A DNA stretch of 64,000 nt from Lama guanicoe (lineage: Eukaryota), in the NCBI GenBank assembly GCA_013239625.1, contig MU054662.1:14621798-14685797 (forward strand), written 5' to 3'. The notes beneath the pieces were generated by a model. The model did not search any database. It saw nothing but the letters and a program-made list of their open reading frames with translations, and had not been told where the DNA came from. This document shows positions 22,501 to 30,546 of the stretch, piece by piece (position 1 is the first letter of the stretch; every line of letters starts with the position of its first letter). The translations under genes and the position numbers were made by a program.

Positions 22501-25228
22501 CTACAAGAGGAAGGAAGTCACTATCCCCTTGATCCAGGTGTGCCCTGGGGCTGGTGGCGGGTGCTTGCCAGCTGCGCTCTGGGCAGGTGTGGGGGCGTCA
22601 GGCAGGGAGGCTCAGACACAGAGCTGCTGATGGGGAGGTGAGCGTGGCTTTCTGACCGGCGGGAACCCTCCCTCCCGTCCTCAGAGCTTAGGGAGAACTG
22701 GGGCTCCAGAGAGAAACCCCGAGGGGCAGTGGTACCTGTGCGGCTGGGAGTCAGGCTTTCCTCAGTGACAGCTGCGTTCCTGGCAGGGGTTCATTTTGCT
22801 AAGGATCTTGGTGGAGAATTGCGGGCGAGTCAACTATGGGGATAACATCGACGACCAGCGCAAAGGTGAGTCACGACACATGGCTGGCTGTTCCTTCTCC
22901 ATGGCAGCACACGGAGGCTGAGCTGTAGGTGGAGTCACGGGGGCCACTGGGGGGAGGGGGCTCACGGGGGCCAGTTGGGGGAGTTGGCATAAGACATTTG
23001 CCTTCTTGGTTCTTCACGCTGAATTTCTTTTCTCACTCTCTCTGGAGCCCCGTCGATAGTCCATTTTGTGTGGGAAGGAGGACACATGAACAGAATGCTC
23101 CTTATGCTCCTCCAGGAACATCCCACCGGTTCATTTTATTTTTCCTGGCCTTCTAAACCGTCTCTGTTTACATCTGCCTTTTTTTTCCCTTCCGTATCAA
23201 AACATGGGTGGTTTCATGTAAGTTATGAAGTCAGAACTCAGACAATAAGTCAGACTGTGGCAGGAAGTCTGGTGGCCTCCAGCGCTCACAGGTGTTGGTC
23301 TTTGTGATGAGGGAACCTGCAGAGCCCTTCCTCACCGCAGGGAGGAGATGTGGCCCAGCCCCGGGGGCTCTTGGACCCTGGGGACCAGCCCGTCCAGAGG
23401 GCCTCAGCGCTGCCAGGCTGCCCAGGAATCCCTGCGTTCCTCTCTGGGTCTCGGCATCTCCTCTGGGCGCTCCCTTTGCAGGCCCACCTTCACTTCTCTT
23501 GTTCTTCTGGGGTGGGAGGCACTATAGCCTGGCCCTGGTCCCCATCTTCGCCTCCCTGGGCCCCCGACCAAGGTGTGCCCTGGCCTCTCACTGTGGAGTC
23601 CTGTCCTCGTTTGTAAGTCGCAGTCCTGCCTGCCGGAACTGTGTGCCCCTCCACACCTGTCCTGGCACTTAAGAGAGTCTGGGACCCCACCAAGCTGACC
23701 TGGAAGCAAGGCTGGAGCCGCTGTGAGCTCTTGGTCACCTGCCCCTTTGGCCTCATTTCATGGGGTTGGGATTCTCAGCCCCTGGAAGGGAGCGTCCCCC
23801 TCAGAGGGGCTCTGGCCAATGTTGCCCTCAGGCGCTGCCCCCTGCACATCCTGGGGTCACTCACCACTTCGGGGTTGCTGGGGGAGGCTTTGCGTCGCGT
23901 GGAGAATGCCCTCAGGGAGCTGGCCCTTCAGAGGGAATCCTCGCCAGGAGACTTTCCAGAAATGTTTCTCGCAGGTGCCTGGGTGGTCAGCTGTCCCCTG
24001 CCATTGGCCTTGCTCAGTGTCCCCGCCTCCTCCCCACAGGTTTAATTGGGGACCTCTATCTGAACAATTCTCCCCTGAGAGGTTTCAAAATCTACAGCCT
24101 GGAGATGAAGAAGGGCTTCTTCAAGAGGTCGGTCCCCACTCCGCACAGCCTGGGAGCTGCCCTGGCCTCAGCCCCAAGGCCCTGGAAACTTCCAGAGCTC
24201 AGAGCGGCTCCGCACCCTCCCAATGGCCGGGGCAGTGCCAGAGCTGGGGCGGGTGTGCCCGTGGTACCCCCGTGCCCAGTGCTGTGCCCCAGTCAGCAGA
24301 TGGGGGCTGGGGGGCCTTGGGAGCCTAACCCTAACCCTCTTGTCCTCCATCCTGTCCATAGTTTCCTTGGAGACAAGTGGAACCCCGTCCCCGATGTGCC
24401 CACGTTCCCTGCTTTCTTCCTGGGTGTCCTGTCCGTCCCCCTCTCCCCCTATGACACCTTCATGAAGCTGGAGGTTTGTAGCCCCGCCCTGCCCAGGCTC
24501 TGTGGGCTTCCCTCCCAGAGGCCCCACACTGCCTGTACCCAGAGGGTCTCCAGCTTGGCCTCCCTGGTGTGGGAGGGGTGGGCTCAGAGCAGAAGGACCA
24601 CCTGGTGGATTCTCAGGCCCAGGCTCCTATGTCCAGTCTGAGCCTATGCGCCCTGCCCGGGGGGTTCAGCACTCACGGAACGGGAGCTAGAACCCGCCTG
24701 TTAACCACATGGCTGTGGGAACACCGTCCCTGGGAGCTGAGAGAAGAGCAAATGGCCTTTGTCTGTGTCTCTGCCTCCTGTGTGTGTGTTCGGTGGTCCT
24801 CGTGGTCGACTGACACCGTCGCTACTCTGCTTAAAGGGCTGGGAGAAAGGGGTTGTATTCGTCAATGGGCAAAACCTCGGACGCTACTGGAACGTCGGGC
24901 CCCAGGAGACCCTCTACCTCCCTGGTGTCTGGTTGGCCGAAGGCATCAACCAGGTAGGGGCACTTTTCCCAGGGACCGGTTGTCAGCAACCCCCTCCCTG
25001 CACAGTTTCCCTGGGGGCACTCGGCGGGCAGGAGGGGACAGAAGCCCCTTCTGAGTGGATCCCTGCTCCTTCCAGCTGGTCCCCAGCCCTTCCCGAGGGC
25101 CCTGGTCTGGCTCCAAGACCTACCAGCTGTCTCTCCCCCAGGTCATCGTCTTCGAGGAGAAGATGGCGGGTCCAATGATACAGTTCACAGAAACGCCCCA
25201 CCTGGGCCGGCGCCAGTACGTCGACTGA
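4399..25228 (+). CDS. GLB1L2: Beta-galactosidase-1-like protein 2 (GH35), spliced CDS span, exons 2-19; 5'-partial (exon 1 upstream of window)
   Basis: 18 exons with AG acceptors and GT donors (one GC) join in one frame: 1825 nt ending in TGA. GH35 motifs [34 protein letters not shown] (acid/base Glu), MEYWTGWFD (nucleophile Glu), [27 protein letters not shown]. The peptide is colinear with human GLB1L2 as I recall it and lies next to B3GAT1. Confidence 0.96.
5503..5571 (+). CDS. GLB1L2: GLB1L2 exon 3 (69 nt)
   Basis: ccacag|C...GA|gtaggt; [22 protein letters not shown]. Confidence 0.95.
6162..6257 (+). CDS. GLB1L2: GLB1L2 exon 4 (96 nt)
   Basis: ccctag|G...AG|gtgagc; [31 protein letters not shown]. 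Confidence 0.95.
7855..7981. repeat. 23-bp minisatellite, ~5.5 copies (GGGGCTGTGACCTCAGGGGGCAC-like)
   Basis: GTGAC/GTGCC anchors at 7861, 7884, 7907, 7931, 7954 and 7977. Confidence 0.85.
8171..8279 (+). CDS. GLB1L2: GLB1L2 exon 5 (109 nt)
   Basis: ttcaag|C...CAG|gtaagg; [36 protein letters not shown]. Confidence 0.95.
8872..8955. mobile_element. MER53-like DNA transposon, left half
   Basis: gcaaataaaacagaggatacccagttaaatgtgattttcagataagcaaggagtaaatttttttagtataaatgtgtc follows the recalled MER53 consensus arm up to its centre. Confidence 0.7.
9812..9870. repeat. Compound (TA)/(TG)/(CA) microsatellite inside the L1
   Basis: atatatatatgtatgtatatatatgtgtatgtgtgtatacacacatacacacacacac. Confidence 0.9.
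10899..11101. mobile_element. ~203-bp palindromic non-autonomous DNA transposon (MITE; possibly MER99-like) inserted in the L1
   Basis: Inverted arms gacatttggtcctgtccaaaa (10907) and ttttggataggaccaagtgtc (ending ~11093); internal GACATTTGGTCC-type subrepeats; flanked by ttggggac / ttgtggac. The family name is from memory only. Confidence 0.75.
12668..12760 (+). CDS. GLB1L2: GLB1L2 exon 6 (93 nt), catalytic acid/base motif
   Basis: ccccag|TAC...AGA|gtaagc; [31 protein letters not shown]. Confidence 0.95.
13352..13433 (+). CDS. GLB1L2: GLB1L2 exon 7 (82 nt)
   Basis: tcacag|GCC...G|gtactt; [27 protein letters not shown]. Confidence 0.95.
13985..15010. promoter_or_regulatory. Intragenic CpG island in GLB1L2 intron 7
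   Basis: Dense CpG, GC boxes (gggcggggc at ~14207 and ~14222), split by an AT-rich core at 14366-14460 containing (AAAGT)4. Confidence 0.65.
16432..16502 (+). CDS. GLB1L2: GLB1L2 exon 8 (71 nt)
   Basis: cctgcag|TG...CAG|gtgagt; (V)[23 protein letters not shown]. Confidence 0.93.
19118..19202 (+). CDS. GLB1L2: GLB1L2 exon 9 (85 nt), catalytic nucleophile motif
   Basis: gcgcag|AGC...G|gtgagt; [28 protein letters not shown]. Confidence 0.95.
20298..20391. repeat. (TC)n-rich polypyrimidine tract upstream of GLB1L2 exon 10
   Basis: About 94 nt of near-pure CT/TC repeats. Confidence 0.95.
20413..20550 (+). CDS. GLB1L2: GLB1L2 exon 10 (138 nt), followed by GC-AG intron
   Basis: cgccag|AG...TACG|gcaagt; (E)[45 protein letters not shown]. 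The GC donor restores the conserved TSYDYDA junction. Confidence 0.93.
21017..21097 (+). CDS. GLB1L2: GLB1L2 exon 11 (81 nt)
   Basis: ttgcag|AC...G|gtacct; (D)[26 protein letters not shown]. Confidence 0.95.
21491..21597 (+). CDS. GLB1L2: GLB1L2 exon 12 (107 nt)
   Basis: tcgcag|GG...GAG|gtgaga; (G)[35 protein letters not shown]. Confidence 0.93.
22129..22269 (+). CDS. GLB1L2: GLB1L2 exon 13 (141 nt)
   Basis: gtgcag|CCA...CAG|gtagga; [47 protein letters not shown]. Confidence 0.95.
22466..22537 (+). CDS. GLB1L2: GLB1L2 exon 14 (72 nt)
   Basis: tggcag|GTG...CAG|gtgtgc; [24 protein letters not shown]. Confidence 0.93.
22787..22865 (+). CDS. GLB1L2: GLB1L2 exon 15 (79 nt)
   Basis: tggcag|GGG...G|gtgagt; [26 protein letters not shown]. 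Confidence 0.94.
24040..24127 (+). CDS. GLB1L2: GLB1L2 exon 16 (88 nt)
   Basis: ccacag|GT...AG|gtcggt; (G)[28 protein letters not shown]. Confidence 0.93.
24362..24473 (+). CDS. GLB1L2: GLB1L2 exon 17 (112 nt)
   Basis: ccatag|T...GAG|gtttgt; [37 protein letters not shown]. Confidence 0.92.
24837..24953 (+). CDS. GLB1L2: GLB1L2 exon 18 (117 nt)
   Basis: ttaaag|GGC...CAG|gtaggg; [39 protein letters not shown]. Confidence 0.95.
25142..25228 (+). CDS. GLB1L2: GLB1L2 exon 19, coding part with stop
   Basis: ccccag|GTC...; [28 protein letters not shown]. Confidence 0.94.
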   Translation, partial: VIVFEEKMAGPMIQFTETPHLGRRQYVD

Positions 25229-25971
25229 GCAGCTCCTGGCAAGGAACCTGCAGACCCTCCCTGCTGCCCCGCCGGTGCTGCCCCGCCCACTGTCTGTCCA
25301 GAGTCCCGAGTGCCCCTCAGTCATAGCCTCGAGGGCCAGGGCTCGCTCTGCTTCTGCTGCAGTTCAGACCCTTGCCCTGCAGACTGAAGGAGAGTGGGGG
25401 TGAGGAGGGACCCGTCTTCCCTGGAGTGCTTCTTGGCTGGGCTCTGTGCTGGCTCCTTCCGACTCCCCTTGATGGGCAGGCACAACTCCTGCAGGGTTTG
25501 CTGCTCTGAATGTCCCCCGGACCAGCCACGACCCTGTCCCTGGGGCCCCTGTTTCTGAGCTGGTGGGCGTGGCACTATTTGTAGAGGACGAGGGGCCCTG
25601 GAGTCGACCTGTTCCTCCTTCACAACCCTGCCCGAGCCTTCCCTGCGAGTCACAAGGAAGTCCATGGGATGGATGCAGGCCACCTTTCACTTCTACTCTA
25701 ATGGTGCTGACAGAGTCAGGAAAATGGGCACTTGTTTTCTGAGTGCGAGGAGCTCCAGTTTCACTGTGAGAAGCAGTAACAGCTGAGGAGGAAAGGTCGC
25801 CACTCTCAGAAGGTCCAGGAAGACGGGGGCACCAGGCGTGGCCGTGGGGGCGTGGGCAGGAGTGTTGGGGTGTCAGGGGCCAGCGCTGGGCCCCAGGTGT
25901 TGGTCAAGATTCCCAGGGCTTGGCGGGGATCTGGCACTGTGTTCCGGCCCAGCTTCGCTGCCCTGAGTTGC

Positions 25972-25977
25972 AGTAAA
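25972..25977 (+). terminator. Probable GLB1L2 poly(A) signal, variant AGTAAA
   Basis: First PAS-like hexamer I could see after the stop, with GT-rich sequence ~25-60 nt downstream. No AATAAA seen on + between 25228 and 27800. Confidence 0.6.
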
Positions 25978-26939
25978 GTAACAGAGTTGAATCAGATCCC
26001 CCTTGGTGATGTTCTGTGATCCCTTCTGTGTGCTGGGAGCCAGAAGTGAGGGTGGTGTGGGGCTGGGCTGGGGAGTGGGGACGCAGACTCTGCTGGCTCT
26101 GTGTGGTGGGCAGGGTGTGGCTGCCAGCAGCAGAGCTGCATGTGAGCCACGGTGGGGAATTTGTTTCCCAAACCACGTCTGGAGTCTCCTGCACAAACTT
26201 ACGATCTTCGATAGGAGTCCAGGTGGAAGAGAAAGGCCTCCTAGGGGTGGGGATGGGCAGGGAAGAGCAGGTGTGAGGCTCCCAGCACCCCAGCATTGGC
26301 ATCGCGTGCTTAGCTAAGGAGGGGTCTGCCCTGGGGCAATTGTGTGCAGCCGCTGGGCCCTGGAGCTGAGCCGTCCTATCCAGACTCACCAGCTCTCCCA
26401 GAACTGCTGGAATGGGAATCATGGCAATGAGACAGAGACTGGACTCCGTGGGCAGGACCAGTGCCGGGGAGTGTGGCAGGGCGCTGTGTGTAAAGGACTC
26501 CTGCAGGGACCCCCTCTGTAAGATTTATCCCCAGTTACTCTGCCACACACACCAGCTTGCACACGCACGGCTCTTTGCTGGGCAAGGACCTCCTGGGCCA
26601 GCCTGCTGTCCTCGACCTTACCTGTCAGATGACCCCAGCTTCTTTGTCCAAGCCCCTCGGCAGGGAGCACCCTCCAGGCTTCGTTCCGGGTTTGCTGCCA
26701 ACGAGTGGCCTCACTCCCATCTCCTTTGAAGACTCGTCAGCCCACCCTCTAAGTGCTGGAGGTCTCAGCCCCTCCCCGGCCCCCTCTTCCCTCGGTCTAC
26801 ACTCGTGCCGGAGGCCTCACCCTTGGGGCTGGTAACCAGCCTTCACCCCAGTTCTCTCCAACGTGGGCCGTGGTCTGAGCTCCGGGCACGCCAGCCGTCC
26901 CCAGCTGCAGCCCTGGTCAGCACACGCAGCCGCTAGGCT

Positions 26940-27160
26940 GGGTCTCAGGTCACTCTTGGCTCTTCATACCCACGTCTAGTCCATCAGCAAAGCCTCTGAA
27001 TGCGTCCAGAGTCCGACCGCTGCCCTCTCCTCTGTTCTGTCCCCTCATCCAACTCCACCGTCCTGGGCCTGGGTCATCAGTGGAAGCAAGTGACTCTTCC
27101 AAAAGGCTGGTTAGACTGAGTCCATCTCTGCTCCAAACCCTCCGACAGCCCCTCTCTTAC
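26940..27160. mobile_element. L2 fragment between the two 3' ends
   Basis: cccacgtctagtccatcagcaaa...tccagagtccgaccgct...ctctgctccaaaccctccgacagc resembles the L2 3' region. Confidence 0.5.
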
Positions 27161-27577
27161 AGGGCTGGTGCGTGCGGTGCCCCTGCTCCAGGGTCCGGCC
27201 ACCCCCTCCTCTCCCAGGCGGCTGCCCCACAGCGGCCTGTTTGCTGAACTCTCCCACCGGCAGGAGGTCCTCCTTCTTGGGCTGCTATGACGCTGGGCCC
27301 CGCATGTCTGCTGAGAGGTCACCTGGCTGGCCTGCGCAGGGGCCGGCGCCTCCCAGCTGCACGACCTTTCCTCCGCCCCCACTGTCTCCTTGAACAGATT
27401 GTGGCTGAAGCGCCCTAGGTTTGTCCCTCTATCTCCTCCCACGAGAAGGCAGTCCCGTGAAGGCAGTGCCTTGGTTTCCACTGCTCTGTCCTGGCTCCTG
27501 AAAGAGGCCCGTGGACCAGTGCAGCTGGATGGTTACATGAAGGAGGGAAAATAAGGCAGGGCTGACGAGGGCTAGGA

Positions 27578-29534
27578 CTGTTAAAAACCATATTTGACTT
27601 TTAATTTTGAAACAAATTAAATACAGTGGAACTAAAACATCAGATGGTGGCAGCTGCGTGGGCTTCACGCCCCCCATCTCTGTCCTCAGGACCCCCGGCC
27701 TGAGGGTTTGGAAACACACTGTACTCATGGGCCCAATTCTGATTCACAACGAAGTCGTTCCCAACAAAGATGAACACTGCAGTCCACCTGGGTATAACTA
27801 TAAATAAACACACATGCGGCTAAGAGAGGGTGTTAGGTGCAAACAGCCGGACTGGCATCAGAGAGGGAGAGAGAGGGAGAGACTAGCCCAGCTTGCTGTT
27901 CACTGCCAACCTCCTGAAAACGAGCCCTGGGTTTTGGCCAATAAGGTGGCCCCAGTCCAGCCAAGCTGCCCTGTACTCGGGCTGGTCCTGGAAGCGAGAC
28001 AGCCAGGTGCCCAGAGTCAACTCACTCACAGACCGAGGCCCGTGCCCACGCCCTCCCCACCTCTCCCGCCACCCGCCTGGTCCCCAGGTGCTCCCACCTG
28101 GTGGCTCAGGGCTCTCAGGGAGGTGAGCCCGTCGAACGGTCTCATGACTACGGGGGTCGGGGGCGGCGGAGTTAAACCCACTTCAAATAGTCAGCCAGTG
28201 CTGCTGTGTGACTGTTAGGTCCTGGACTGAGTCCCACACGCCTGTGCACCCACGCACACACAGGGGTGGTTCTCAGGGGTCCTCAGACCCGTCCTGTGAG
28301 TTTCAGAGGAGTGGGGGCTGTTAGCAGTTAAAAGTGAACACCCCCTCAGCAGGCTCAGGCCCTTCCTCTTCCTCCACTGGGAGGGAAATTGTGCTTCCAA
28401 CCGTCAGGAGCGTGAGTGAGAGACCGGCGGAGGCCGGCCGGCCGGCCCATTGGGAAGCTGTGCACGGCCCGGGGCCCAGAGCAGGGAGACAGGGGCCTCA
28501 TCACCTGGGCCGAGGGCCGCACGCCGCACGCACTGTTCCTTCTTGGAGGGGGAGGGGGAGCTGGATGTGAGGCCAGCTTGCTCTGTGTGACCCCCCCCAC
28601 CGTTGAGGGAGAAGTGAGGTTTCCTCTCCCACTTTGTGTGTAAATTGCATGATTTCCAAAGTGGTGTGCACTCCGGCCTCCTGCCCTCGGTGTTCAGATC
28701 GTCTCCGCCCCTTCCAGGAACTCCTCCCGAATCCAAAGTCCCTCAGGAGAGTCGTGGGGCTGCCCGGGCCCTCCTCTTTCCCTCACACCTGGGCCCCCTC
28801 GAGCCCCTGTGGCCTGAAGTTCTGAGGGCTCTGGGGGCGGGGAGGGCTCCCACCTCCCCAGGCCCAGCCTAGGCGAGGGGCCTGGGGCCCATGTGGTCTT
28901 CATCCAGGTCAGCCCACGACCTGTGCCGGCTCAGGGTCCCACCTCCTTCCCTGTGCTGGAAGGAGCAGGCTTGAGGGACAAGGGTTGGGGAAGGGGGTCT
29001 ACTCCCACCACGAGGTACGGGAAGGGGGAGCCCGTTGGCAGCCTGGCTCCCCTCACCCAGGGCTGGCTGCCTTATGCTCTGGAAACAGGAGCTGAGGAAA
29101 GCCAGACGGCTGTGTCTCCTCTGAGCAGCTCCAACTGATGCCGGGCCAGGGGCCGCCCTCCGTCTTCAGAAGTGCCTGGCCAGTCTGTCCCGTGTGGTCG
29201 TGCGTGGGGCCGGGAGCAGGGATCGGGGGTGTGTGTGGGGGGTACTCTGCTGGACCGCCAGGTCCTTCACCTCCCTCCCAGCCCAGCATCGCTCCTGGGC
29301 TCAGGGCCCACGGCGTCTGCTCCAGCAGGCCTTGCCCCGGCGGGATGGAAGAGAACAACGGGTCTGGGGTTTCTGTGCTTTAGGGTCTCCGTCCTTTGTC
29401 CTGCCATCAGCTGGTCTCTCTGAAGGCCCCAGAGTAGGAAGGAGGGTGATGGTGATTCCTTAGGAGTTTGCCCCGGAGGGACCACCAGCTGTGGGGAGAG
29501 GAGGTGGCCAGGACCGGGTCTGAGAAGGAGGCTC
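27578..29534 (-). other. B3GAT1: B3GAT1 terminal exon (3' UTR, ~1.96 kb; 3' end approximate)
   Basis: Strong acceptor ctccctccctccccttcacag|GAG at 29534; AT-rich terminal block with ATTAAA on the - strand. Confidence 0.75.
27600..27605 (-). terminator. Probable B3GAT1 poly(A) signal ATTAAA
   Basis: TTTAAT on + = ATTAAA on -, preceded on - by TGTA/T-rich sequence at the end of the AT-rich 3' UTR block. Confidence 0.7.
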
Positions 29535-30059
29535 CTGTGAAGGGGAGGGAGGGAGGGTGAGGCGTCAGGGCCCCCTGGGGGCCATCCAGGGGGTCCGCAG
29601 AGCCCACCCCCGGGTCCCCATTGAGAGGCAGTGGGGGCAGGCGCTCCAGTGTCAGGGATGGGGCAGGGAGTGATGCTCTGTGCCAACAGCATCAGTGGCA
29701 CTGACCAAGGTAATTTTCTAATTTCAGGGACAAGACAGGCAGAATGACACCCTGTGGTCCCTGTGGGCAGGCAGTTGCCAATGTCATACAAAGCCACAGC
29801 TTGACTCCCGGCCAGAGGACAGATGTGTGTCCCACGGTCCAAGCTCTGGCCTCTATGACAAGACCACAGGAAGCCCACACAAAATTCCCAGCTTGCCCAT
29901 CACCTGGTACCATTCACTCCATTCAGCTTCTCAGAATGTTTCTTTACCCCTAAAGTGTAGATGGAGCCTGTGACCTACTTCGATTGAGGGTTTTAAAGAA
30001 TCAAACAAAGTAGCAACATGCATGCAGGACTTATAGTTCCAGAGACACACCTGGTACCC

Positions 30060-30150
30060 CAACAACCCATTGTGCAGATGAAGACATTGAGGCCCAGAGA
30101 CAGAAAGGTCAGACAGTGAAAAGTGGCACCTGGGGGCCGAGCTCAGCCCT
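30060..30150. mobile_element. MIR core fragment
   Basis: cccattgtgcagatgaagacattgaggcccagaga. Confidence 0.55.
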
Positions 30151-30459
30151 GGGGGCCATGCTTCCACCTCGATTGAGGAGGAACCCACAGGAGACAGAGC
30201 CTGGGCGAGTCCACAGAGCAGAACTTGTAAGGAGGGAGCTGCGAACGGGTGGTGCCTGGATGGCCAGGCCTCCCAAGCAGCCGGTGGCAGAACGACCCAG
30301 CATGCAGGGCTGGTGGGCTCCTGTTGCTCCCGCTGGCGTCTGCCCCATGACCACCACTACTGAAGACAGAGAGGACAAGCCTCGGCAGATCTACTGTGCA
30401 TCCAGACTTGGGTGGCCTGCCCTGTGTTACCTCCCTCACCCCTACCTGTGTCCTGGGGC

Positions 30460-30546
30460 TCAGATCTCCACCGTGGGGTCAGTGAAGCCTTTTTTCCCCT
30501 CGTTCACCAGCACCGGCTTCTCTGTCCGAGTGTGCCATACCAGGAT
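30460..30546 (-). CDS. B3GAT1: B3GAT1 exon 6 coding part (exon continues 14 nt past the stop to 30446)
   Basis: acacag|ATC; ILVWHTRTEKPVLVNEGKKGFTDPTVEI*; donor CACAG|gtaggg at 30446/30445. Confidence 0.95.
   Translation of the reverse strand: MLVWHTRTEKPVLVNEGKKGFTDPTVEI

Noticed and set aside
24324-24338. CCTAACCCTAACCCT and other isolated TTAGGG-like hits (near 18 and 38994)
   Set aside because: At most two units, too short for an interstitial telomere; this one is better explained as branch-point sequence.
24665-24685. TTCAGCACTCACGGAACGGGA, RE1-like
   Set aside because: Wrong spacing, broken CC and no GACAG/GCCAG right half.
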